Assembly (NCBI RefSeq): GCF_006345805.1
Contig: NW_021836180.1
Coordinates: 1-64,000 of the forward strand
Direction: 5' to 3'
DNA length: 64,000 nucleotides
Source of the DNA: Octopus sinensis
Taxonomy: Eukaryota
In this document: positions 37,651 to 50,203 of the stretch, in pieces
How positions within the stretch are numbered: the stretch's first letter is position 1
Layout: each line of letters starts with the position of its first letter
Position numbers and translations under genes: made by a program
Notes under the pieces: model-generated
Database searches by the model: none
Told to the model about the DNA's origin: nothing
Seen by the model: the letters and a program-made list of their open reading frames with translations, nothing else

Positions 37651-38256
37651 CTTAACGAGATTCCGGTGTTCCAATTCCTGCAGGAGAACAATTTCTTTGA
37701 CAATCTTCTGTGCAGCTCTGTAATAACATTCTGCAAGAGTCTGACCCCATTTAACACAATTGGTCACATCTTGCCCTCCAATGTCAACAGTCTTCATTGC
37801 AACTTTCTTGGACGATATAATTCCGCTATACACAGCCTTTGTCCAGCCCGAACCGATGTAGTGTTTGTCAGTTATATTCTCAATATCCTGACAGTTAAAA
37901 AGTTGTTCGCTACTCCGGTTCTTGAAACGAAGTGTTCCATTCTGAGCATTGCTGATCAACTCAAGCGATTCATCATTCTCGCTAGATGAAAAATTGCTCG
38001 ATTCTACAGCATTCTCCATCAGCTTTCGGAAACGGCTGACCAACACACGGTATTCATTATCTCCCTGTGTTTTCTGTGCAGAACCCTTGCCAGCAGTTCG
38101 CGACCAACTATCGGGCTTCTCGACAAGAGCACTGTTCCACTTGGTCCATGTCTGGTGAACCAAGATGTTGCATACAAGGAAAACATTGATGCAAAAGCCG
38201 AAAATGTAGCATCGCATGCGACGTGTGAACCTGAGGGGTCGACCCAGAGACGCCAT
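37651..38256 (-). CDS. PKDCC: PKDCC/VLK extracellular tyrosine kinase, coding exon 1 (202 codons): signal anchor, Gly loop, VAMK lysine, alphaC helix
   Basis: ATG at 38256. Hydrophobic N-terminal segment CYIFGFCINVFLVCNILV; YIGSGWTKAVY and VAMKTVDIGGQDV; KEIVLLQELEHRNLVK. These match the recalled human PKDCC motifs YMGSGYTKAVY, VALKAVDFSGHD and KEMVLLERLRHPNVLQ. Donor AAG|GTAATC at 37651/37650, phase 0. Confidence 0.95.
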
Positions 38257-40066
38257 AGGAACTCTGACCCGACCCCCTTCTGTAGTAAGGGCTGTTGGTG
38301 TTGTTGCTGCTTAACAACAAGTCAGCTCTGATTGAGAAACTCTATGATCACAAATATTCCAACCATGACCAACACATCATTTTTGTATATCAATAACTAC
38401 ATTCTCCAATGTGTCCTTCCTATTTTAAGATGGCAGGATGTGACTTCAGGGCTGTTTGGTTGGTATTTCTATTTCTCTAAGGTTAAGCCACTGCTCAAGT
38501 AAAGACGGACACTTTGACTCAAGCAATAGGATTGTTGTCATTAATTTTGAAGACACTTTTCCACATAGAATTCTTCTGGTAGGACTTTCAACTTCAAGAT
38601 CACATGATGTCCATTTATAAGCCACAAGTCAGTTCTTTAAATTTTGGCAATAAACTGTAGTTGTGAAGTAGTCAGTGGCCATACAGGTTTTTTTTTACCT
38701 GAAATATAAAAGATACATAGTCAAAATGTAGCTGGTTCAAAGCCCGGTCACAAAGAGATTCATTTAAAAAAAAAACTCTCACACACACACACACAAAATG
38801 AGTGTAGTAAATAACATCTTTTATCTTTTACTTCTTTTAGTCATGCTATGACACTACCTTGAAGGACTTTGGTCAAAGAAACAACCCCAGTACATAACTC
38901 TGTTAGCCACTTTTGTTGAACTGCTAAGTTATGGGGAAGTAAAAAAAAACAACACCGGTTGTCAAGTTGTGGTGGAGGACAAAAGCAGACACAGACACAC
39001 ACACACATATATATGATGGGATTCTTGTAGTTTCCATTCACCAAATACACCCACAAGGCTTTGGTCAGCTTGAGGCTATAGTAGAAGATACTTACCTAAG
39101 GTGCCAGGCAGTGGGACTGAACCCAGAACCATATGGTTGAAAGGCAAAAACCTTGCCACACAAACATATGAATATTTTGTAGAAATATTACCGTTGATAT
39201 TCTGAATTCATTTTGCAAGAATTTTAATCCGAAACCATGCATTAGAAGAAACCAGTACTGTTACATTTAGGAGTGAAGGCACGTGGCTTAGTGGTTAGGG
39301 CATTCGACTCGCAATTGTAAGATCATGAGTTCAATTCTTGGTGACACATTGTGTACTTGAGCAAGACACTTTATTTCACGTTGCTCCAGTCCACTCAGCT
39401 GGCAAAAATGAGTTGTACCTGCATTTCAAAGAGCCAGCCTTGTCACACTCTGTGTCACGTCGAATCTCCCTGAGAACTTAAAGGTGCACGTGTCTGTGGA
39501 GTGCTCAGCCACTTGCACATTAATTTCATGACCAAGCTGTTCCGTTCATCATATCAGCTGGGACCCTCGTCATTGTAACTGACGGAGTGCACCTTAATAT
39601 TTAGGAAGAGTCATATTAACCCTTTAGTATTTAAACCGGCCAAAATATTTAATCTGTTTTATGTTCAAACTGACCAGATCCAGGCTCTCACACCTACCCT
39701 ACAATGTTATTCTACATTAAGTAATTACACCATCAAGATCTTGAAAATATGAGATAATGCACGATAAATTCAAATCAATGTGAATCAATAAGCATTATGT
39801 TTGATAGAATAATCGGAACACTAAAGGGTTAATAGAACTTATAAATACACTCACCGGTTGTTGTTTGAGTATATTTCACTTGGGGCAATATTTTTTTTAC
39901 ATTGACTTAAAAATAATTATTCATCTAACTCATGCAAAAATGAGGCACAGGTATAGCTATGGGATTAAAAAACCTTTCTTTGCAACCATGTAGTTTTGGG
40001 TTCAGTTTCACTGCATACCACCTTAGGCAAGTATCTTCTACTATAGCCCCAGACTGACCAATGCCT

Positions 40067-40494
40067 CAGAGTCAGATTAAGACCCATTGAGGCCCTAAGC
40101 ACTTAAAAGATTTTGGTGCCCCCATAAAAGATTATGTAATTCAAAATATAAACAATAACAAACCATAAAATAAATTTTTATTTTTCAAAACGAAACAAAA
40201 CAGTAAGAAGGGAAAATAATGTTTATTTTTGTATACTTCCACTTTATTTATATTTGAAAAGTTTCCTCCTACTTTTTTGAATTGCAAAGTCTTTGATCAG
40301 ATCCTCAAAACGAATCTTAGGTAACACATCTTCATTTGTACTTAGTAGAGATAAAGGCATCCCGAATATTACTTTAGCAAGTTTAATGTGATTTCTTTTG
40401 TGCTGTAAACCATTTACCATTTCTGTAGTTCCCCCCACCTTCCCTTGATGCCCTAAGCATGTGCTTATTTTGCTTAATGGTTAATCCAGCGCTG
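40067..40494 (-). mobile_element. Internally deleted hAT-superfamily DNA transposon inserted in a SINE A head
   Basis: Perfect 8-bp TSD CAATGCCT at 40059-40066 and 40495-40502. Imperfect TIRs CAGAGTCAGATTAA / CAGCGCTGGATTAA. Remnant LSLLSTNEDVLPKIRFEDLIKDFAIQKSRR resembles the hAT dimerisation-domain C-terminus. The SINE A sequence resumes after the TSD. Confidence 0.88.
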
Positions 40495-41634
40495 CAATGC
40501 CTTATGACTAAATTTGATTGATAGAAACTGTGGAAACCTGTCATATTTATATATGTGTAAGGCAGCAAGCTGGCTGAAATGTTAGCACACGAAATGCTTA
40601 GTGGCATTTCTTCTGTCTTTATATTCTGAGTTCAAATTCCACTGAGGTTGACTGCCTTTCACCCTTTCAGGGTCAATAAATTAAGTACCAGTTGCATACT
40701 GGGGTTGATCTAATCAATTGGTCCCCTCCCCCAATATTTCAGGCCTTGTGCCAAGTGTAGAAAAGATTATTATATTGTCCCTTAAGGTGGTGAGCTGGCA
40801 GAAGCATTAGCATGCCGGGTGAAATGCTTAGCGGTATTTCATCTGTTTTTACATTCTGGGTTCGACTTTGCCTTTCATCCTTTCAGGGTCAATAAATTAA
40901 GTACCAGTTTCGGACTGGGGTCGATCTAATCAACTGGCACCCTCCTCCAAAAGTTTGGGCCTTGTGCCTAGAGTAGAAAAGCACATTTGTGTGTGTGTGT
41001 GTGTATGACAGTTCCACGATTTCTTGCTGAGTAACCTGCACAAATAGCTTGTTTATATTGATCAAATGTATGAGCTGCACGTTAGCTCACACCCTCCATC
41101 AACTTAACACACATCAGATGTCAAACTCATTGCATAGCAATCCCCTGACAACCAGTGTTGGTTTGTTTATGTTACTGCAACTTAGCAGTTCTGCAAAACA
41201 AGACCAACAGAACAAGTACTCGAGTTAATGTGAGTAAACTCTTTAAAGTGGTGCACCAGCGTGGCCACAATCCTACAGCTGAAACAAGTGAAAGACAAAC
41301 AATAAAAGATAAAAACTAGTGATTTGTTAATTGCAGTGCCAAGTTCAAATCCTTCCAGGTTGTTGGACAACCCCCAGTCCTTTAAAAGAAGGGCCTAACG
41401 GCTAAGTTCTAATTTCAATTCTGTCAACACCTGAACAGCTTCAGAAACAAAAAAAGAAATTTAAATAGTGGTTTAGTGGTAAGAAGTTTGTTTCCCAACT
41501 ACATGGTTCTGGGTTCAGTCCTACTGCATGGCACTTTGGGCAAGTGTCTTCTATTGTAGCATTTGAACTAACCAAAGCCTTATGAGTGGATATGGTAGCC
41601 GGAAACTGAAAGGAGCCCATAATATATATATGTG

Positions 41635-42246
41635 CTTGAGAAGACCCGGTTAGCCAAATGAGACCATAACCTCATGGCCTATGCCAGGGGTGTAACCAGT
41701 CCACTCATGCGTACCTTTCCTTCATTGGACACTAAACTCTGCTTGCGAAGACCTGTTGAGGCAAGTGAAATCTAAATCAAATTCAACGACTGGCATTCAT
41801 GTTAGTGGAGCGCTAAGAGCACCATTCGAGCGTGATTGTTGCCAGAGCGGCTAACTGGCTTCTGTGCCAGTGGCATGTAAAAAGCTTCATTTGAGCGTGA
41901 TCGTTACCAGCATCATCTTACTGGCACTTGTGTCGGTGGCACGTGAAAAAACATTTGAGCGAGCTTGTTGCCAGTGCCGCTGGGCTGGCTCCTGTGCAGA
42001 TAGCACGTAAAAAACGCTATTGAGCATGGCCATTGCCAGTACCACCTGACTGGTCCTCATGCCGGTGGCACGTAAAAGCACCCACTACACTCTCGGGGTG
42101 GTTGGCATTAGGAAGGGCATCCAGCTGTGGAAACTCTGCTAGATCAAGATTGGAGCCTGGTGCAGCCATCTGGTTTGCCAGTCCTCAGTCAAATTGTCTA
42201 ACCCATGCTAGCATGGAAAGCAGACGTTAAACGATGATGATGATGA
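41635..42246 (+). mobile_element. RTE-clade 3' end with internal minisatellite of about 60 bp, nested in the microsatellite of SINE A (41470-42500)
   Basis: GTGCTTGAGAAGACC start, repeated units related to TGCCGGTGGCACGTAAAAAGCA and a (GAT)n tail. SINE A 5' half lies before it and 3' half after it. Confidence 0.8.
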
Positions 42247-43039
42247 TATATATATATATATATATATAGGTAACTCCTATGAGTGTGTGTCTTTATCCCT
42301 GCCCCCACCTCCCAGCATCACCTGACAGGCAGTCTTGGTGTATTTACATTCTCATAACTTTGTGGTTTGGCAAAAGAGACCAATAAAATAAGTAATCAAG
42401 TTCAAAAGATTAATAAGTAATGCAGTTGATTCATTCGACTACAAATTCTTCAAAGAGGTGCTCCAGCATGGCCTGCAGTCAAATGACAGAAACAAGCAAG
42501 GTATAAAACAAAAGAGCTCCAGTTGAACTTCTACCACCACCACCAACAACAACAACAACAACATCACCACCAGCACCATTCACTGCAACCTTTCTCTTAT
42601 CAGCATCATCATCATTATTATCATCATCAGTGTCTACTTCCACAACAATATAATGCCACAAGGCAGGGGTTGGGGTGTCCTTTGCTATGAACACCACAAC
42701 TGGTGAAGGGTTTGCTAGCCATCATCTGTCTCACCCTACCTCACCTCCCACGTGTCATGTGACTGACCAGGATGTAGCTGACATGACATCTTGAAAGAGA
42801 ACAATCAGGCGGAGCAGAGAACTAAATAAAAAAAACCACACACACACTCTCTCTCTGTTTCTCATCCTTACATATACATACACATTAACACACACACACA
42901 ATTCCTCTCTCTTCTCTCTACACTCAACCAAAAATAAGTACACACACACACACAGAGTGGAGTTCAACAGGTTGTCTATGGAAACACAAACAAGTAACAA
43001 ACAAGTAGAGTAGTTGTAGGTTTCATTCTTCATTTACTA

Positions 43040-43364
43040 CCCACAAGGGGCTAAACACAGAGAGGACAAACAAGGACAGACAAACAGAATAAGTCGACCT
43101 CGGCAGAATTTGAACTCAGAACGTAACGGCAGATGAAATAGAAATACAGCGTGCTAGCTAACGTTTCTGCCACGTTAGCTAGCACGCTGTATTTCTATTT
43201 CGTCTGCCGTTACGTTCTGATTTCAAATTCTACCGAGGTCGATTTTGCCTTTCATCCTTTCAGGGTCGATAAATTAAGTACCAGTTACGCACAGGGGTCG
43301 ATATAATCGACTTATTCCGTTTGTCTGTCCTTGTTTGTCCTCTCTGTGTTTAGCCCCTTGTGGG
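43040..43364. repeat. Head-to-head fold-back of SINE B (palindrome, 7-nt loop at 43165-43171)
   Basis: Both arms carry the private sequence GAAATAGAAATACAGCGTGCTAGCTAACGT. The left arm lacks an internal segment of the element. Confidence 0.9.
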
Positions 43365-43739
43365 TGACCAACAATTACTTGGGATGAAGCAGAAGAAAAG
43401 AACAGGCAAACAATTCAAAAATAAAGATACGGTTGACCGCTTTTTTCTTGTAGCCAAACCTTACTTGTTTTTTCATGCAAGCTACTTTTCATGCCACATA
43501 CATAAACAGCTGACTTTTATAGGACATATTGGTTTCAAATTTTGGCACAAGACCATCAATTAAGTCGATTATATTGATCCCTAGCACTAAACTGGTACTT
43601 ATTTTATTGATCCCAAAAGGCTGAAAGGCAAAGTCGACCTTGGTGGAATTTGAAGACAATGAAAGAATGGACAAAACGTTGTTGAGTATTTCGCCTGATA
43701 TAGGTGTGGTAAAACTTACTTACATCAAAAAGGTGCTTT

Positions 43740-43928
43740 TTTTTCTATGAAAATCCCTATTTTTTACGATTTTTTTACTGCTATGTCGCCATTTTTCGGT
43801 GTATTTCAACCAGAAAAATGTTCACTTAAAGCGAATAACAAACTACATAATGCAAAATTTTTACTTTTCAAAAATTCCAATTCTAAAGGGTCGAAACAAA
43901 CTCGAGCAACGCCGGGCGATACTGCTAG
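43740..43928 (+). mobile_element. Probable Helitron 3' terminus
   Basis: CTCGAGCAACGCCGGG hairpin followed 8 nt later by CTAG, then T. The 5' TC end was not identified. Confidence 0.55.
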
Positions 43929-45284
43929 TATCAATGCTAATTCTATGTCGTTTTTTAGCATTTATAAAGTCTAACAATCTTTGCAGGTTTGCTTATCAAC
44001 ATCCTCATATTCATTATCATCATCGTTTAACCTCACCTTTTCCATGCTGGCATGAATTGGACGATTTGACAACAAACAAGCCAGGGGTTGTGCCAGGCTC
44101 TGTGTTTGCTTAGGTATAGCTACTACAGCTGGATGCTCTTCCTACTGCTATCCACTTCACTGAGTGTAGTGAAAAGAATGTAAAAAATCATCAGGGGCCA
44201 GTTTCCTAGTTCCCTACCATGTGCATGTGTGTGTATGAGTATATACATATACTTTCACTATACATAATAAATTCTTGGTTTTTAAGAATTATTATTGTTG
44301 GAGAAACAGGAAAAGCTAATATCAGTTGTTAGTGAATCTTAGAGAAGTGGATGCATCCATAGGTGAGTAGTTGTAAAGTTTGCTTCACAAGCCATGTGGA
44401 TTCAGGTTCAATCCAACTGCTCTTCTACTCTGGAGCACCACCTTTAGTCGAGCAAATCGACCCCCAAGACTTATTCTTTGTAAGCTTAGTACTTATTCTA
44501 TCAGACTCTTTTGTTGAACCGCTAAGTTGTGGGGACGTAAACACACCAGCATCGGTTGTCAAGTGATGTTGGGTGGATGGGGGGACAAAGACAGACACAC
44601 AAACATATACACACACACATACATATATATATATATACATATACATATATACGACAGGCTTCTTTCAGTTTCCGTCTACCAAATCCACTCACAAGGCTTT
44701 GGTTGGCCTGAGGCTATAGTAGAAGACACTTGCCCAAGGTGCCACGCAGTGGGACTGAACCCGGAACCATGTGGTTTGTAAGCAAGCTACTTACCACACA
44801 GCCACTCCTCAAACAAATAATGGTGTGTGACACATTGAATTCTTCATTCATAACACATTGTAACTAACGTACAGGACTTTCTCTTAGAGTAATTAATGCG
44901 TCATCACTAGTTCCATTGGATTTCACATTTTACCAAAATCCAACCACTACTTGGTATTCAAACTGGGTGTAACTCCAGACGTGTGCATCAACTGACTTTG
45001 TTTCCTCATAACTTTCTAAAAAGGGATGGATATTTATAAATAAAATTTTCAACAAGTGCAGGTGTGGCTGTGTGGTAAGAGGCTTGCTTCCCAACCACAT
45101 GGTTCGAGGTTCAGTCACACTGTGAGATATCTTGAGCAAGCATCTTCTACCAAAGCCCTGGGCTGACCCAAAGACTTGTTATCCTTGGCATCATGTTTTT
45201 ATTTTGATTAATATACTCTATCACCTACACCACTAAATGGTATATACAGGTGCTTACAATTATCAAGTATTCACCCTGAATTTT

Positions 45285-45333
<49 letters not shown>

Positions 45334-45678
45334 TATATCATCATCATTGTTTAATGTCCGTTTTCCATGCTAGCATGGGTTGGACGGTTCGACTGGGGTC
45401 TGGGAAGCCAGGAGGCTGCACCAGGCTCCAGTCTGATCTGGCAGTGTTTCTACAGCTGGATGCCCTTCCTAATGCCAACCACTCCATGAGTGTAGTGGGT
45501 GCTTTTTATGTGCCACCAGCGCAGGGGCCAGATAAGGCTGGCAAACGACCATGATCAGTTGGTGCTTTTTACGTGTCACCGACATGGACGCCAGTCAGGC
45601 GGCGCTGGCAACTGCCACGTTCGGATGGTGCTATTAACGTGTCACCAGCACGGGTATCTTAACTACAATATCCATTTG

Positions 45679-45713
<35 letters not shown>

Positions 45714-45714
45714 T

Positions 45715-45901
45715 AATGAGAAGGTTTACGAAAATAAACAAAAGACGAAGGCAGGTGGAGAACAAACAAACAATGTATTAGTATGGCGCTCAGGAATAGA
45801 AATAAAACAAGTCTTTTACGTTTCGAGCTTACGCTCTTCGACAGAAAGATACACAGAAAAGAAACAAGGAGAGAAAAAAATTGCGTGTAGGGGCTGCCAT
45901 C
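45715..45901 (-). mobile_element. Penelope-type pLTR-like repeat fragment with minimal hammerhead fold (copy 2)
   Basis: Homologous to 2858-3040 and abuts (TA)n. Followed by a diverged tandem repeat at about 46010-46400. Confidence 0.6.
45812..45849 (-). ncRNA. Minimal type I hammerhead-like motif with CUGUCGA (A6U) core
   Basis: TCTTT-CTGTCGA-A-GAGC(GTAA)GCTC-GAAA-C-GTA-AAAGA. Stems I and II are perfect, the loop is GNRA, stem III is the palindromic ACGU and the site is GUA. Confidence 0.6.
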
Positions 45902-46799
45902 ATTGAGCTGGGAAACGAATGGAATGCCTGGTGTGTGTCTCGCTGTGGCTACCCCCTCCTAAAAAAATGTGAAATAGGCGTGCGTATATGTATTAGAAAA
46001 ACAGCCAACAACTGATGAAGGGTCGTTCTTTATGTTGTTCTGTTTTCCATTTGTGTCTTTTGTTGAATAAATAGTTCATATTCCATGTACTCGTACTTCG
46101 TATTTTTTTGTTGTACACGTTTCTTGACGTCCTGTGCCCACATATGCATATATGTATATATGTATAGATGTAAGTATGAGTCGAAACAGGGGAAGCTGAT
46201 GAAGGGGAATATTCCTTGTATTGTTTGTCTTGTACTCTGTTTTTTCGTTGTTAAATAAAGTCCGTTTCCTTGTTTGTTTTTATGTTTTCGTTTCTCGTTG
46301 TGTTCTACGTTTATTTGTGGTGTCCTGTACTCATATATGCATGTTTATATACATGTAGATGTAAGTATGTACATATATGTATGTATGCATATGTTTTATT
46401 TATTAAATTGTTATTTTATATATATATATATATATAGGTGCAGAAGTGGCTGTGTGGTAAGTAGCTTGCTAACCAACCACACGGTTGCGGGTTCAGTCCC
46501 ACTGCGTGGCATCTTGGGCAAGTGTCTTCTGCTATAGCCCCGGGCCGACCAATGCCTTGTGAGTGGATTTGGTAGACGGAAACTGAAAGAAGCCTGTCGT
46601 ATATATGTATATATATGTATATGTGTGTGTTTGTGTGTCTGTCTTTGTCCCCCTAGCATTGCTTGACAACCGATGCTGGTGTGTTTATGTCCCCGTCACT
46701 TAGCGGTTCGGCAAAAAGAGACCGATAGAATAAGTACTAAAAGGTGGTGCTCCAGCATGGCCGCAGTCAAATGACTGAAACAAGTAAAAAGGGTAAAGA

Positions 46800-46887
<88 letters not shown>

Positions 46888-48199
46888 GAAGGTGTGTGGC
46901 CTAGTGGTTAAGATGTTGCACTGGCAACCGCCAGATCGTGGGTTTGATTCCCAGACCATGTTGTTCCAGTCTACTCTGGCTGCAAATGAATAACACCACA
47001 ATGGACTAGCCTTCCAGTCAGGGGAAATGTTGGCCTGTTCATCTAGCCAGCAGGGTGGTATCATTTGAAAGCTAAGAAACCGCTTGACAACCAGTATTGC
47101 TTTGTTTACATCCCTGTGACTGGCGGTTCAGCAAAAAACACCGATAGATATGTAGCACGTTTAGAAATAAATCAAGTACCAGGATCGATTCGTTCGCCTA
47201 AAAACCCTTCAAGGTGGTGCTCCGGCAGTGCTACAGTTCGATGACAAAAACAAAAGAGATATTTTCTTTTTTTTTAAGGTAAATTATTGAGAAACAACAT
47301 CTGTAGTTAGGTCATCAAAGTGATACGATAACTAAATATTACTATTTTCCATAGAAAAACTCGCGACTCCAGTGAGGTTTTGCAGATGTAATTTAAAGAC
47401 TATCGATGTGTCCTATAAAAACATGCTGAAATTCGAACATGCTTTATGGGACAAGGAGGAAGTTGCTACGCGATCATTCTATCTGGAAGCAATAATAGTT
47501 ACACGGCTGTGTGGTAAGTAGCTTGCTAATGAACCACATGGTTCCGGGTTCGGTCCCACTGCGTGGCACCTTGGGCAAGTGTCTTCTACTATAGCCTCGG
47601 GCCGACTAAAGCCTTGTAAGTGGATTTGGTAGACGGAAACTGAAAGAAGCCCGTCGTATATATGTATATGCATGTGTGTGTGTGTATATATGTTTGTGTG
47701 TCTGTGTTTGTCCCCTCCCCAACATCGCTTGACAACCGATGCTGGTGTGTTTACGTCCCCGTAACGTAGCGATTCGACAAAAGAGACTGATAGAATAAGT
47801 ACTAGGCTTACAAAGAATAAGTCCTGGGGTCGATTTGCTCGACTAAAGGAGGTGCTCCAGCATGGCCACACTCACATGACTGAAACAAGTAAAAGAGATC
47901 TCTTAAATTACATCTTTCCGTCTTAAAAGGTCAATGGACAACACATTGATATACAAAAACAGCCATAGCTGAAAATATATGTAGCATGATATTGAATATG
48001 AAACAAGCACATATAGTGACATGTTTTATTTTCTTTGGGCCCTTTAATAGAACTATAACCAAATATACTGGAGCATTCTATATGATTTGTATCTGTATCA
48101 GAATGTCTGAGAATAATCTACTAAGTGGCGTAATAAGGTTCAGACAAATGGCTAGAGGAGAGAACAGGTATCAGATAGACAAGAGATGGACAAGTAGAC

Positions 48200-48288
48200 A
48201 GATATACAGAGAAATAGACAAGTAGACAGACAGACAGACAGAGAGAGACATGTAGCCAGATAGACAGACAGACAGACGACAGACAGAT

Positions 48289-48349
<61 letters not shown>

Positions 48350-48770
48350 ACAGTTAGATAGAAAGACAGACAGACACTTAAATAGACAGATAGATAGACA
48401 GATAGGTAGGTAGATAGATAGATAGATAAACAGTTAGATAGAAAGACAGACAGATAGATAGATAGACAGTTAAATAGACAGATAGATAGATAGACAGACA
48501 GTTAAATAGACAGATAGACAGTTAGATAGACAGTTAAATAGACAGATAGACAGTTAGATAGATAGATAGATAGACAGATAGATAGACAGATAGATAGTTA
48601 GATAGATAGATAGATAGATAGATAGATATAGAGAGATATAGACAGCTAGATATAGACTGAGAGATAGATACAGACAGACAGAGTCAGACACGGACAGATA
48701 GATAGATAGATGGACAGACGGATAGATAAATGCATACCTACACATAGACATAGGAACGGATACAGAGACA
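48200..48770. repeat. (GATA)n/(GACA)n tetranucleotide array
   Basis: Direct inspection. Confidence 0.95.
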
Positions 48771-49059
48771 TAGATTACACATGTAGAACTACATACAGTG
48801 AATCAAATGAATACAAGGATAAATAGACAAGATTAAAGACATAACGGGATAGCTAAGCAGAGATAAGGCCTCTGGGGTTCGGGCTAGAAAGAGATGGATG
48901 GATGGATGTACCAATATAATTTGTCTATGTGGACAAACAGATGGGTAAATAGCTAGAAAAGCATTAAAATTGTTGGATGCGACATCTAGGTCGAAACTTC
49001 GAAGTCACTGTCAACCTTTTCTTTTGTGTCTTGTGCTGGCAGTCGTATGTAGATGTCAA

Positions 49060-49177
49060 ATATACACGCATATTATATATATATATATACAAATCCATTT
49101 ATATACACACATACAATCATGTAACTGTCCATTTATATATATACACATACATACATATATGTGGCTGACATGCATAC

Positions 49178-49212
<35 letters not shown>

Positions 49213-49414
49213 CATACATATATACATACATACATACTTACATATATACATGCATACATATATACATACATATATACATACATACATATATACATACATA
49301 CATACATACATATATAATATACATATATATATATACATACATATATACATACATACATAATATATACATACATACATACTATATATACATATACATATAT
49401 ACAACATACATAAT

Positions 49415-49490
<76 letters not shown>

Positions 49491-49510
49491 TGTATGTATA
49501 TTATACACAC
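49060..49510. repeat. (TA)n/(TACA)n microsatellite
   Basis: Direct inspection. Confidence 0.95.
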
Positions 49511-50162
49511 AGACAAATGACATGCAACAGTCATCCACTTAATAAATAAATCATTTTACGTGACTACTTGCGATTAATTAAACCGATGTAATTGCTATCT
49601 AATGACATCGTTTTGTAGATATTCTGAGATTCCACATGTGTAATGTGAATAAGTAATACTTTATGAGCCAACGAAGGAAGCTGTTATTAATACTAAATAA
49701 ACTAAAATTATCGCTTTATAGTATACCATGCTTTAAATTTTTAATATACATTCGGCGATTCCAGCATGTAGTTTCTTCGTGGTCCCTTCTGAACAGTACA
49801 GGAGGTCGTTGTTTACGCATATATTCGACATTACCATTATACACAGGCATATATTATATGTGTGTGTGTGTGTGTGTGCATGTGTATACGTACATACATA
49901 TTATACATATACATAGACGGATAAATATATAGACAGATATCTAGAGACGAAATAGCCAGGAAAAAAAAAAAAGACAGTAAGTTAGTGCTGCATACACACA
50001 TGTATGTATGTATTTATGTACACAGATAAATAGTAAGGCATATACAGAATAGCCTTTAACAACAAGAAGGATAGAGAAACAAGAGAAATATCTCTTTAGC
50101 TTTCTGAACAAACATACAAACTGATAGATCAGTTATAACTAATACTTATATATATAAATACA

Positions 50163-50203
<41 letters not shown>

